Shown: positions 1 to 8,049 of the stretch, piece by piece
Position numbering within the stretch: position 1 is the first letter of the stretch
Layout of the letters: every line of letters starts with the position of its first letter
From: a virus
Taxonomy: Duplodnaviria > Caudoviricetes
Strand: one strand, 5' to 3'
Virus record (IMG/VR): IMGVR_UViG_3300050821_001527
Span: 1 to 64,000 of that record
DNA: 64,000 bases
Notes under the pieces: generated by a model
Databases searched by the model: none
The model's input: only the letters and a program-made list of their open reading frames with translations
Told to the model about the DNA's origin: nothing
Program-made: the position numbers and the translations under genes

Positions 1-18
1 CCGTCAGACTACTTTTAT

Positions 19-25
19 GTGTAAT
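19..25 (+). promoter_or_regulatory. putative phage late promoter motif GTGTAAT upstream of HNH gene
   Basis: GTGTAAT 7 nt before ATG at 33; same motif and spacing as upstream of the structural genes. Confidence 0.5.
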
Positions 26-32
26 TGATGTT

Positions 33-584
33 ATGACACATCAAGGATACAGAGTAGATTTGACGGGGAAAAAGTTCAACCATTTGACCGTGCTAGGGTA
101 TGCGGGACAGATGGCAAACGGTAGAAAGAATAGCGTCTGGAATACCCGTTGCGATTGCGGGCGAGAGAAAATAATCGAAGGCAGAAGCCTTACGTCGGGC
201 AATACCAAAAGCTGTGGATGCGCGGAGTTTAAGCGCGAGTTTATGAAGGCAGCGTTGGGCAAGGGCATAGGGCAGTTGACGGGTGCAACGTGGAGCAGGC
301 TCAAGGGTAATGCAAGGGCCAGAGGCATTAAGGTAACTGTCACTAAACAACAGGTGGCAGACCTGTTTGAAAAGCAGCAAGGTAAGTGCGCTTTGTCAGG
401 TTTGTTATTGGTGCTGGACGCGCCGGTTGGTCAGGTCACGGCCTCGCTTGACAGGATAGACAGCGATAAGGGCTATGAGCCGGGTAACGTGCAATGGTTG
501 CATAAAGAAATCAACTGGATGAAAAATACGTTTAGTCAGACTCGATTTATTGAACTGTGTAAAGCAGTTTCAAACACTGTGTAG
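33..584 (+). CDS. HNH-type homing endonuclease (N-terminal CDCG/SCGC Zn module plus C-terminal HNH-like domain)
   Basis: DLTGKKFNHLTVL..RCDCG..TKSCGC N-terminus; ASLDRIDSDKGYEPGNVQWLHKEINWMK nuclease motif. Confidence 0.8.
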   Translation: MTHQGYRVDLTGKKFNHLTVLGYAGQMANGRKNSVWNTRCDCGREKIIEGRSLTSGNTKSCGCAEFKREFMKAALGKGIGQLTGATWSRLKGNARARGIKVTVTKQQVADLFEKQQGKCALSGLLLVLDAPVGQVTASLDRIDSDKGYEPGNVQWLHKEINWMKNTFSQTRFIELCKAVSNTV

Positions 585-668
585 TCATAACCCCAGTTGG
601 CGGACTGGGCAACAGAAACCGCCCTCGATTTTCCTTGACAATAGGTGAGAAGTCTATAGGATAGATAC

Positions 669-839
669 ATGAACAGTGATTACCTTAATGGCCGTTTGGG
701 TGTTTACCACCTGATTAATACCAAGACCGGCAAGAAGATTGGCCGCTCGGTTGAACTGCGTTCCCGCGAGGCCAGCGCCAAGAACGAAGCTTTCGGAATG
801 AACAAGGTCAGCAAGAAATACGTCCTCTACGTCGAATAA
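669..839 (+). CDS. hypothetical protein (56 aa, not in ORF track)
   Basis: MNSDYLNGRLGVYHLINTKTGKK...; ATG 6 nt after the -10 box TAGGAT. Confidence 0.7.
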   Translation: MNSDYLNGRLGVYHLINTKTGKKIGRSVELRSREASAKNEAFGMNKVSKKYVLYVE

Positions 840-851
840 CCTAATCCAACA

Positions 852-1202
852 ATGAAACCCCATAACGGAACCCGCACCATCACCACCCTCGTCCCCACCA
901 TTGTCCCCGTCATCGTCTTTACCGAGCAGGAAGTCAAGCTCGAACTGCGCCCTTGGAAAATCAGTGAAGTCCCTGTCGGGGCGTTCATCAAGTGCCACGG
1001 CGACCGCATTCAGCGCATCATCGGGGTTGACCCGAAGCATTCCAATATTCAGGAGCCTGCCGTGCTTCTGAGCAATGCCAAGTATCGTGGCGGCGACGAC
1101 CATTACTTCCTCTGCGACTTGGTAACGCGCATCTTCGACCACACCTATTCGCTGGATGGCGTCAACTGGCACCGCTGCGGCGTGTGGGAAATCGTCAAGT
1201 AA
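852..1202 (+). CDS. hypothetical protein
   Basis: 116-aa ORF in + early operon, codon style like neighbours. Confidence 0.7.
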   Translation: MKPHNGTRTITTLVPTIVPVIVFTEQEVKLELRPWKISEVPVGAFIKCHGDRIQRIIGVDPKHSNIQEPAVLLSNAKYRGGDDHYFLCDLVTRIFDHTYSLDGVNWHRCGVWEIVK

Positions 1203-1268
1203 TTCCTTGACACGAAACGAAAGTTACCCTAAGATTTAGTAACGTCAAAAACAAACAACCCAAATCAA

Positions 1269-1475
1269 ATGAATAAACTACTCTGGTTCCTGTTCAACTG
1301 TTTCATCGCCCTCTGCGCGTGGACGATTCATGCCGCCGATGGTTACGGCCCCGTCGGAAACTTCCTGTGGTGCATCGTGGACTGGCTGTTCTCGCCCATC
1401 GTGTTCCTCTACTGGCTCTGCACCCACCAGTTGACCCTGCCCGTCATCAAGGCCACCTTCGCGTGGTTCTGGTAA
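1269..1475 (+). CDS. small membrane protein
   Basis: 68 aa, two hydrophobic Trp/Phe-rich segments; follows promoter at 1207. Confidence 0.7.
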   Translation: MNKLLWFLFNCFIALCAWTIHAADGYGPVGNFLWCIVDWLFSPIVFLYWLCTHQLTLPVIKATFAWFW

Positions 1476-1478
1476 GCC

Positions 1479-1631
1479 ATGCGCTTCAATAAATCCAAGA
1501 GGGGCTATACCCTTATCGAGTTGATTGTCACAATCGGCATCGGTATAGTCCTTCTGAGCCTGCTGGTCGAAGCAATCATCGTGATTGGCGGGTTGTGTGT
1601 CGGTGCCCATTTCATCCACAAATATTGGTAA
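1479..1631 (+). CDS. mini prepilin-like protein (type IV pilin N-terminal cleavage/methylation motif), 50 aa, not in ORF track
   Basis: MRFNKSKRG|YTLIELIVTIGIGIVLLSLLVEAIIVIGGLCVGAHFIHKYW: basic leader, G at -1, aromatic at +1, E at +5, hydrophobic helix. Confidence 0.8.
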   Translation: MRFNKSKRGYTLIELIVTIGIGIVLLSLLVEAIIVIGGLCVGAHFIHKYW

Positions 1632-1641
1632 AGCGACCATT

Positions 1642-1839
1642 ATGGAATTGACCAAACAAGACGCCTTAAAAGCGATTCAGGACGACAAGGCAAAGTTCAT
1701 CGAGGAAGCCCATATCGCCAAAGACTGTTGGGAGCTAACATACGAGTTCAATGGATACCGTATTTTTGTTGGGGCGTTTGGGTATGACCGTTGGCTGGAC
1801 GATGACGCCAATAATGTTCGTATTGAAAAGATTTCTTGA
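1642..1839 (+). CDS. hypothetical protein
   Basis: MELTKQDALKAIQ...; start moved from the track's 1585 to the ATG after the upstream stop. Confidence 0.6.
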   Translation: MELTKQDALKAIQDDKAKFIEEAHIAKDCWELTYEFNGYRIFVGAFGYDRWLDDDANNVRIEKIS

Positions 1840-1870
1840 CAACAACCGCGTAACCTGATAGTTTAATGCC

Positions 1871-2077
1871 ATGAACAATAATACCAAGTCCCGCAATGCC
1901 CGCCGTCACAAGGAACTCCGCAAGTCGGGGTTCGCCAAGCCGGTTTACCGCAAGAAAGCCAAGCCGTTCCCCCTCGTCAACAAGGGCGAGAAGGCCGAAG
2001 CCTTGGTCACTCTGCGCCACCAGCGCCACGTCTTTCACGGGACGCCCTGTGACTGCGCCGTCCTCCAACCCAAGTAA
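1871..2077 (+). CDS. small basic hypothetical protein
   Basis: K/R-rich 68 aa; own promoter at 1836. Confidence 0.65.
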   Translation: MNNNTKSRNARRHKELRKSGFAKPVYRKKAKPFPLVNKGEKAEALVTLRHQRHVFHGTPCDCAVLQPK

Positions 2078-2080
2078 CCC

Positions 2081-2371
2081 ATGAACAAGATTGCATTGAT
2101 ACTGGGGGTTGTGGTTGTTGGTTTGCTGGTTGGCTGCTCCCCACCGGACTTCATCGGCGGCGAAGTCGTCACGACTAAGAGCCAAATCAATTCGGACGTA
2201 TCAAGGGAGTCTTTGATTCGCACGGATGGGGCGGTTTATTCGTTCCTTCACACCGGGAACCTCAACAGTCCCACGGTCATCCTGCCCGCTCGTTTCGCGG
2301 AAGTCGGGGACACCATCAAGTTCACCAACGGGGTGCTGTCCGCATTCCCGCCCAGCCGAAACAGGGAATAA
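2081..2371 (+). CDS. putative lipoprotein
   Basis: MNKIALILGVVVVGLLVG|C lipobox-type signal peptide. Confidence 0.65.
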   Translation: MNKIALILGVVVVGLLVGCSPPDFIGGEVVTTKSQINSDVSRESLIRTDGAVYSFLHTGNLNSPTVILPARFAEVGDTIKFTNGVLSAFPPSRNRE

Positions 2372-2377
2372 CCAAAT

Positions 2378-2560
2378 ATGAGCAAAAAGAACACCAGTCC
2401 CACACCCGAGAAACCCACCCGCATTGATGGTCTGTGCCGCTGCTGCGGACGCGGATTCCTGTTGGAGAGGGGTTTGACGCCCGAACACACGATTCGCAAG
2501 GCCACGTCCCCGGCCACCGTCCTGTGTAGGGGTTCGCACACCAAGGCCGAAGGGGTGTAA
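2378..2560 (+). CDS. small Cys-containing hypothetical protein
   Basis: CRCCG...CRGSH, 60 aa. Confidence 0.55.
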   Translation: MSKKNTSPTPEKPTRIDGLCRCCGRGFLLERGLTPEHTIRKATSPATVLCRGSHTKAEGV

Positions 2561-2612
2561 ATACCCGCCAAAATAAATTGACTTTGGCAGAAATACAGCG
2601 TAGAATATTATT

Positions 2613-2987
2613 ATGTTAATCTCCATCAATCCCGCGTTGCTGCGAAAGCTCAACGCAATTCGTCGTCAGAACGGTGAGCCTGAAATCGCCCGCCAATTCG
2701 TCGCCCAACTCGTTGTCGAGAACCTGATTCAATCGGCTTTCGAGGCGTCCGGCGCACCAACCGACCCGTGGGGCAACCCGATTGACCCATCGGCCATCAT
2801 CAAGACCGTCTCGTTTGTCTATGACAAGTCCGCGAATGCGTGGGACAAGAACCTCAAGTGGCGCACCGTCCAAGTCACCGAGGACACCCGAGAATATATT
2901 CAGGGCTATGACGTGGATGACGGCTTCAAGTTCAAGAAGTTCCTCAAGTCCAAGATTTTCGGCGGCAAGATTATTGTGTTGTCGTAA
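2613..2987 (+). CDS. hypothetical protein with WYL-like C-terminal domain
   Basis: VSFVYDK..KWRTVQV..EYIQGYDVDDGFKFKKFLKSKI follows the WYL pattern (FxY..R.V..Yl.a.d..R.F..rI). Confidence 0.5.
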   Translation: MLISINPALLRKLNAIRRQNGEPEIARQFVAQLVVENLIQSAFEASGAPTDPWGNPIDPSAIIKTVSFVYDKSANAWDKNLKWRTVQVTEDTREYIQGYDVDDGFKFKKFLKSKIFGGKIIVLS

Positions 2988-3029
2988 TCGGCCTCCGACC
3001 CTGAGAAAGCAAAAACTCACATGAGAGTT

Positions 3030-3066
3030 CCCCCGGTGCTGAAAGGTGCCGGGGGTTTGCTTTTTT
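3030..3066 (+). terminator. intrinsic terminator
   Basis: CCCCCGGTGC-TGAAAG-GTGCCGGGGG hairpin followed by TTTGCTTTTTT. Confidence 0.75.
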
Positions 3067-3105
3067 ACCCTTGACAACCATTAGCTTCCTTGGTAATCTC
3101 TGACC

Positions 3106-3303
3106 ATGAAAATCGTATGGTCAAAACCTGATGAAGCGGACGATGGTTCGTTCGACCTGTGTGGGAAGTTCAATGGCAAATACGTTGATGTAGTTCAGCG
3201 CCACGACAGCACTTGGTCAATAAGTTTTAATGGCCAGCGTATCGAGTCAGGCATTCCCACCCGCGAAGAAGCTAAAAACAAAATCATTCAATTCCTTCAA
3301 TAA
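3106..3303 (+). CDS. hypothetical protein
   Basis: 65 aa, own promoter at 3071. Confidence 0.7.
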   Translation: MKIVWSKPDEADDGSFDLCGKFNGKYVDVVQRHDSTWSISFNGQRIESGIPTREEAKNKIIQFLQ

Positions 3304-3306
3304 CTT

Positions 3307-3720
3307 ATGATTACTTGGCTGCAAGTCCGAAACGAAATCCACCGCCCCAAAGACTCCTATGACCTTGCTTTCGGCGAGCGTCAAACCATCTGGATGCGCG
3401 GGGAGTGGTCAATCGTTGAACAGATGGGACAATACAACTGCTCCTACATTCTCATGCGTAATTTCGTGCCCCTGATGCACACCGCCCTGCCCGCCGACCT
3501 CGTTCATTACATCAACGCCTTTTGGGATACCCCGGCCATCACGCCCGAAGTCCACGAAGACAACATCGAACGCATAATGCAGACCGCCTGCACCGTTGAA
3601 TGCCCTGTCAGCCGCAAGGAGCAAATCATTCATGTGGTTGGTTTCTATACGGGGTTTTGTTCGGGGCGTGGCTGGACAATCAACTGGCAGAAACTCAACG
3701 CTTGGAAGGACAGGATTTAA
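3307..3720 (+). CDS. hypothetical protein
   Basis: 137-aa ORF coupled to upstream gene. Confidence 0.7.
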   Translation: MITWLQVRNEIHRPKDSYDLAFGERQTIWMRGEWSIVEQMGQYNCSYILMRNFVPLMHTALPADLVHYINAFWDTPAITPEVHEDNIERIMQTACTVECPVSRKEQIIHVVGFYTGFCSGRGWTINWQKLNAWKDRI

Positions 3721-3761
3721 TTTCCCTTGACAATCACAATCAACCCTGATAATCTCACACC

Positions 3762-4181
3762 ATGAACAAAGTCAAAATCACCTATCAAAGCTACGGCTCC
3801 GCGATTCTGTTGTATATCGAAGGAGCGACACCCCAAGACGCCAACGGTCAATACCTGTCCATGTGGAACTGGAATTGCACGTCCAGCAACCCCGACTGGA
3901 TTACCAAGAATGTTCTCGCGGTTTGGTCGAGCGTCGAACGCCTCAAGAAATACCTGCTCACCATGCGCCAGAACGAGCTTGAGGACACCAAGGCCCAAGT
4001 GCCCAACCGCCCGCTGGAAGCCAAGCGTCTCGCTGAACTGGACTTCGCCGGGATTGGCCGTGAGTCCTATCGCTCCGTGAACAACAACACGGAAGTCGCT
4101 GAGTTCGGAACCCCTAACGCCGAGAGGGAAGATTTGGACTTTAAGGATGAGTGTTACAAGGCTGCGTTCGCGTCCACGTAA
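3762..4181 (+). CDS. hypothetical protein
   Basis: 139 aa, own promoter at 3727. Confidence 0.7.
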   Translation: MNKVKITYQSYGSAILLYIEGATPQDANGQYLSMWNWNCTSSNPDWITKNVLAVWSSVERLKKYLLTMRQNELEDTKAQVPNRPLEAKRLAELDFAGIGRESYRSVNNNTEVAEFGTPNAEREDLDFKDECYKAAFAST

Positions 4182-4767
4182 GACTGTCGTTCTTCGACAG
4201 GTTATCTTTCTCCCACAGCGGTTGGAGATTGCTGAAATGAAAGCACTCCTTCTGCTGTCGGGGGTCAGATAAGTCGAACGAGGCACAGGGTTTTACGTGG
4301 TCAACATGCCAGTCGCCGTAATTTTCCCATGTCATTCCGAGCTGAAACTGGCCACTAATATGAGCCTTCAACTCAGAAATAGAACAACCAACCAAAGCAA
4401 AGGTTCTGTCGGTCTTACGGGTATTTTGGTCTTTAATCAAACCCCACAGCCTTCGTCGTAAATTCAGGGCGAGTCTATTATGGGGAATGCTTCTATACTT
4501 ACGTTGGTATAATAGATTTTCAAGCTTGATTTGTGGGGCGTGGGATTTTCTGTATTTCTTCCTGTGGGTTTTGATACGTTCGGGGTGGAGCGCGGCGAAT
4601 CGTTTCCAATTTGCGTTGAGTTGCTGTCTGTGGTTCGAGCCATACTCCTTTAAATAAGCAGCATTACAGGATAGGCACTGGGCACCGTAGCCAGATTTAG
4701 TCTTCTTAGTCTTGACGAACTCGTTTTCTTCTTTTAGTGTGTGGCATTTTGTGCAAATCTTCTGCAT
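4141..4767 (-). CDS. HNH homing endonuclease (paralog of 23748..24344)
   Basis: N-terminal CxxC..CxxC; GMTWENYGDWHVDHVKPCASFDL..HFSNLQPLWEKDNLSK. Confidence 0.85.
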   Translation of the reverse strand: MQKICTKCHTLKEENEFVKTKKTKSGYGAQCLSCNAAYLKEYGSNHRQQLNANWKRFAALHPERIKTHRKKYRKSHAPQIKLENLLYQRKYRSIPHNRLALNLRRRLWGLIKDQNTRKTDRTFALVGCSISELKAHISGQFQLGMTWENYGDWHVDHVKPCASFDLSDPRQQKECFHFSNLQPLWEKDNLSKNDSLTWTRTQPCNTHP

Positions 4768-4774
4768 ACCTTAT

Positions 4775-4781
4775 ATTACAC
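4775..4781 (-). promoter_or_regulatory. putative late promoter motif GTGTAAT
   Basis: GTGTAATATAAGGT-ATG on the minus strand upstream of the HNH gene. Confidence 0.5.
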
Positions 4782-4888
4782 ACGAAAACTGCATAAGGGG
4801 CAAATAATAACAAATGAAAACGCAAATATACCCAAATATGGGATGGGGTGTTTTACGGGGTTGGATAGGGGTCTAATGGGAGGGTGTG

Positions 4889-4954
4889 TAAGTGCCTGAG
4901 TATCAACGACTTGCGCGGGACGCCCCGCGTAAACCCCTGATTATCAAGGGCTTA
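4889..4954. repeat. double-dyad intergenic element, copy 1
   Basis: TAAGTGCCTGAGTATCAACGACTTG-cgcgggacgccccgcg-TAAACCCCTGATTATCAAGGGCTTA (25+16+25); its last TTA is the stop of 4952..5125. Confidence 0.92.
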
Positions 4955-5125
4955 CAGAAGACATTCGGGAATATCGTCCTCCCCGTAGTGTTTTTTCCAG
5001 TATGCCCACATTAAACGCATGGTCATTTCCGTCATCCAATAGCCATCGTTCATTGCATACCAGACTTTCATGCGTTCCAAACGCTTGAAGTCTTCCGGGT
5101 CGCCGATAAGGTTGGGGTTTACCAT
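4952..5125 (-). CDS. hypothetical protein (57 aa, not in track)
   Basis: MVNPNLIGDPEDFKRLERMKVWY...PECLL; stop lies inside element 1. Confidence 0.6.
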   Translation of the reverse strand: MVNPNLIGDPEDFKRLERMKVWYAMNDGYWMTEMTMRLMWAYWKKHYGEDDIPECLL

Positions 5126-5322
5126 TTGATTAGGCGGTAGGTTTCAGCAAGGTAGGGGCGGGCACCGCTCGCACCAAGCAAGACGCATACCAGATGAGTG
5201 GGCAAAACCATGTGGACTCTCGCCTTGACGGATTTCCATTCCTGCCCGAAACGGCCCCGGCCATTGGGGATTTGGATTTCCACGATACTGCGGACGCGGG
5301 CTTCTTTATTGGATGTGGACAT
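5119..5322 (-). CDS. hypothetical protein
   Basis: 67 aa, overlaps both neighbours in operon fashion. Confidence 0.6.
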   Translation of the reverse strand: MSTSNKEARVRSIVEIQIPNGRGRFGQEWKSVKARVHMVLPTHLVCVLLGASGARPYLAETYRLIKW

Positions 5323-5455
5323 AAACGATGTTGCTGTCTTTGCTGATTTTGTAGTTGACGCCGTAGTCCTGCAATTCCTTCACCAGAATAGCAAACCAGC
5401 GGGCTTGCTCAGGCTTGGCAATGTTGAACTCCATTGATTCGTCGCTCTTATTCAT
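5306..5455 (-). CDS. hypothetical protein (49 aa, not in track)
   Basis: MNKSDESMEFNIAKPEQARWFAILVKELQ... Confidence 0.55.
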   Translation of the reverse strand: MNKSDESMEFNIAKPEQARWFAILVKELQDYGVNYKISKDSNIVYVHIQ

Positions 5456-5467
5456 GGGCAAAGAATA

Positions 5468-5845
5468 TCAGATGTGAATAGCCATGTCAAGCCCCAATTC
5501 CACCAGTTTGCGCTGCCACATGATTTCATTCAGGGCCGACCATGCGCTATGCAGGCGGGAATGGGGGTGCTGAATGACTTCGCGGTGCAAGTCGTGGACG
5601 TAATCATTCGTGACTGGCTTCCAGCCCACGGACATGCACTGATACCATTGCCCGTCCACTTTCACGCAGTCATTGACCGACAGTGAGCGCATACGATTAC
5701 CGAGGAAGTAATCACACTCGACTTGGGAACCCGCGTTGAACCATGCGAAGACCGCTTCAAGCACTTCCGACGCGGGGCCGGTCAGTGAACAGGTCAGCGT
5801 ATGGTATTTATCGCCGGGATAGCAGACGGTGAAGGTGCGAATCAT
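5468..5845 (-). CDS. YodL-like domain protein
   Basis: LEAVFAWFN..MRSLSVNDCVKVDGQWYQCMSVGW (RSLSVxDxV motif); start set at the ATGA overlap with the upstream gene. Confidence 0.6.
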   Translation of the reverse strand: MIRTFTVCYPGDKYHTLTCSLTGPASEVLEAVFAWFNAGSQVECDYFLGNRMRSLSVNDCVKVDGQWYQCMSVGWKPVTNDYVHDLHREVIQHPHSRLHSAWSALNEIMWQRKLVELGLDMAIHI

Positions 5846-6132
5846 AGGGTGGGGGCGTTCAGACGTTGTTTGAGGAAAATTTGCCAGTTGTAAACCTGCT
5901 TGTGGCATTCGTCAACCTGACAGACATGGAAGGAGATGCCTTCCGCGCCACTGGAACCGTCGCGGACGCGGACATACCAGCGGTTCATTCCATCTTCGGG
6001 CTTTTCCAGTTTGCCATGCAGACGGATATGGATGCCGTTTCCATCTTCGCAGTCATCGCCAGCGGCGACTTCGACTTCTTGACCGACCAGTTCATTCAGC
6101 TTGGCCAGTATTGCTTCGGGGGTGTTAATCAT
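5842..6132 (-). CDS. hypothetical protein
   Basis: 96 aa; promoter TTGACA(6167-6162)-N17-TACTCT, 6 nt to ATG. Confidence 0.7.
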   Translation of the reverse strand: MINTPEAILAKLNELVGQEVEVAAGDDCEDGNGIHIRLHGKLEKPEDGMNRWYVRVRDGSSGAEGISFHVCQVDECHKQVYNWQIFLKQRLNAPTL

Positions 6133-6169
6133 GGGTAGAGAGTATCGGGATTAGTTGTGATTGTCAAGA

Positions 6170-6367
6170 CTAATTGTGTGCGGGAGAAACTTTCAGGCGG
6201 ATACAGAGCAGCACGTCACCGGGGGAGAGGATGCGCCCGCAGGCCAGTGTCACGAAACTAACCGGATACCATTCGTTGTCACTCAGTCTGGTTTCCAGTT
6301 GCGTGAATGCAGGGTCATACCGAAAAGTCATTGACTCGCCCGCAAGGTTCAAAGTGATTTCTTTCAT
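6170..6367 (-). CDS. hypothetical protein
   Basis: 65 aa, own promoter. Confidence 0.65.
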   Translation of the reverse strand: MKEITLNLAGESMTFRYDPAFTQLETRLSDNEWYPVSFVTLACGRILSPGDVLLCIRLKVSPAHN

Positions 6368-6428
6368 GGGGTAATAATAGCAGAACCGGGGAGCGTGTCA
6401 AGATATTTATTGAATTAAATTAACGACG

Positions 6429-6495
6429 CAAGTGACTCTCCATTAACGACTTAGGCGGGACGGCTCCGCGTAACCCCTTGAGCCTCAACGGGTTA
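6429..6495. repeat. double-dyad element, copy 2
   Basis: CAAGTGACTCTCCATTAACGACTTA-ggcgggacggctccgcg-TAACCCCTTGAGCCTCAACGGGTTA (25+17+25); supplies the stop of 6493..6867. Confidence 0.9.
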
Positions 6496-6867
6496 GCGGT
6501 AGAACGTGGTGTGGTCAATCGTCATCACCGGCTTTTTGTGCAGCTTGCCCTCGAAGTAGGCTTTATCCATCGGGCCACCCCAATATTTGCAGCCGCCCGT
6601 GGGGTCATGCTTGTCCGATTCATACCAAGCGTTCCACGTCTGGACGAAAACCCAGTCGGGTTCGCTTTTGATATGCTTGGCCGTGCCACCATAGACGCCC
6701 TTGAGGTTGCCGCGTGTTCGGATGACGGCGCAAATGGCAATCTTGCACTTGTAGGACTCACCCGCCGCCTCACCCACGACAGCGTTGACGACTTTATGAG
6801 AGTCCAGTTCGGCGAAGGCGGAATTGACCGCCAACGCCATCAGGATTATGAGCGCGATGCGTTTCAT
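6493..6867 (-). CDS. SleB-like cell wall hydrolase (Hydrolase_2) with signal peptide
   Basis: MKRIALIILMALAVNSAFA signal; VVGEAAGES..AICAVIRTR with catalytic GEA; DPTGGCKYW..IDHTTFY. Confidence 0.8.
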   Translation of the reverse strand: MKRIALIILMALAVNSAFAELDSHKVVNAVVGEAAGESYKCKIAICAVIRTRGNLKGVYGGTAKHIKSEPDWVFVQTWNAWYESDKHDPTGGCKYWGGPMDKAYFEGKLHKKPVMTIDHTTFYR

Positions 6868-7133
6868 CGGGCAACGTAGTGTTCACCAAACACTTGCTTG
6901 AGCGTTTCGGCGGGGCCAAAGGTGCTGAACGCATTGAACTTCTGACTGCCCTTGTAATCCCAAACGCCACAGCGAACGCCGTCCACGGTGAAGCCCCATG
7001 AGTTCTTAACCTTGTCCGGGTCATCTTCGCAGTTGGCCTTGAAACCGAGTCGCTTGACGATTTCGGCAACGGTGATGTTTTGCAGACCGCCCGTTCGGGA
7101 GTCTCCGGTTTGATTGACTGGTTTGATAATCAT
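6864..7133 (-). CDS. hypothetical protein
   Basis: 89 aa, own promoter. Confidence 0.7.
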   Translation of the reverse strand: MIIKPVNQTGDSRTGGLQNITVAEIVKRLGFKANCEDDPDKVKNSWGFTVDGVRCGVWDYKGSQKFNAFSTFGPAETLKQVFGEHYVAR

Positions 7134-7151
7134 GGGAATAGAATAGCGGGA

Positions 7152-7706
7152 TTAAACCGGCTTGTCAAGCACAATTTTCAATTCATCCACGCAGCACAAC
7201 AACTGCGCTCGCACGTATTTGAACAAGTCCGGGTCGCCGTCCACCAAGTTGGGCAACACGCGGGCCTTTTCCTTGATATACGTGACGGCAAAACCGGGGT
7301 CATGCTGCACGATGGAATTGGTGTTGTTATACAAGTCGGCCAGCTTGATTTTCTTGGCCGATTTGCCGATGGTGGCCAAGCGAGCCGCTTCCAAGACTTT
7401 TCTCTCCATGCGGTTCAAGTCCGGGTAATTCTGCGGCGTGTATAAGTCGGTCAACTCATGCACAATCAGAGCAATTTCGGTGCCAAACTCGCGCTCCAAC
7501 TGCCCGAAAGTCGTTTCGGTATCTTCCAAGGTATCGTGCAAGTGCGCGGCGGCGATTTCGGTTTCGGTGCCACCGTAAGCAGCAACTATGCCAGCCACCG
7601 CATCAGTATGCGTCCAGTATGGGGTGCCGTCATACTTGCGGACTTGTTTAACCGCGTCATGGGCGGCGTGTGCGAAGGCTTGCGCTCTGGTAATCAAATC
7701 AGTCAT
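7152..7706 (-). CDS. HD-domain small alarmone hydrolase (RelA/SpoT HD, Mesh1-like)
   Basis: AFAHAAH..QVRKYDGTPYWTH..AAAHLHDTLEDT..IKLADLYNN. Confidence 0.88.
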   Translation of the reverse strand: MTDLITRAQAFAHAAHDAVKQVRKYDGTPYWTHTDAVAGIVAAYGGTETEIAAAHLHDTLEDTETTFGQLEREFGTEIALIVHELTDLYTPQNYPDLNRMERKVLEAARLATIGKSAKKIKLADLYNNTNSIVQHDPGFAVTYIKEKARVLPNLVDGDPDLFKYVRAQLLCCVDELKIVLDKPV

Positions 7707-7758
7707 ATTGATATACTAGCCTGTTAGACGGCTGGCGTCAAGGATTATTTTGCATCCA

Positions 7759-7824
7759 TAACCTGTTGATTACCAGCCACTTGCGCGGGACACCCCGCGT
7801 AAGTCCCTCTCCGAAAGGAACTTA
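7759..7824. repeat. double-dyad element, copy 3
   Basis: TAACCTGTTGATTACCAGCCACTTG-cgcgggacaccccgcg-TAAGTCCCTCTCCGAAAGGAACTTA (25+16+25). Confidence 0.9.
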
Positions 7825-7833
7825 CGTTGGCTG

Positions 7834-8049
7834 TTAAATGAAGCGCGAGAGGAACGCCCCCACCCACGCGGGCCAGCTAAAGGCCACAAAGAAGAACACC
7901 GCAACCAGAGCGATGAACCTGACAACGCGGGAACGGTTGCCGAAGTCGCGTTTTTCGAGGGAGTTGATTGCCGTGAATCCGACCACCGCGCCGATGAGCA
8001 GGTAAAACAGGGCGAAGGCGAACAGGATGGGGAATAGGTATTGTGTCAT
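7834..8049 (-). CDS. small membrane protein
   Basis: two hydrophobic helices, 71 aa. Confidence 0.65.
   Translation of the reverse strand: MTQYLFPILFAFALFYLLIGAVVGFTAINSLEKRDFGNRSRVVRFIALVAVFFFVAFSWPAWVGAFLSRFI

Larger units (their letters stand above)
635..3755 (+). promoter_or_regulatory. series of sigma70-type early promoters (+ strand)
   Basis: TTGAC(A/T)-N16/17-TAnnnT with -35 boxes at 635, 1207, 1836, 2578, 3071, 3727; five are 6 nt from an ATG. Confidence 0.8.

Noticed and set aside
1846-1856. CCGCGTAACC partial match to the element junction inside a + strand promoter
   Set aside because: Only 10 bp with no 25-bp arm; likely chance.
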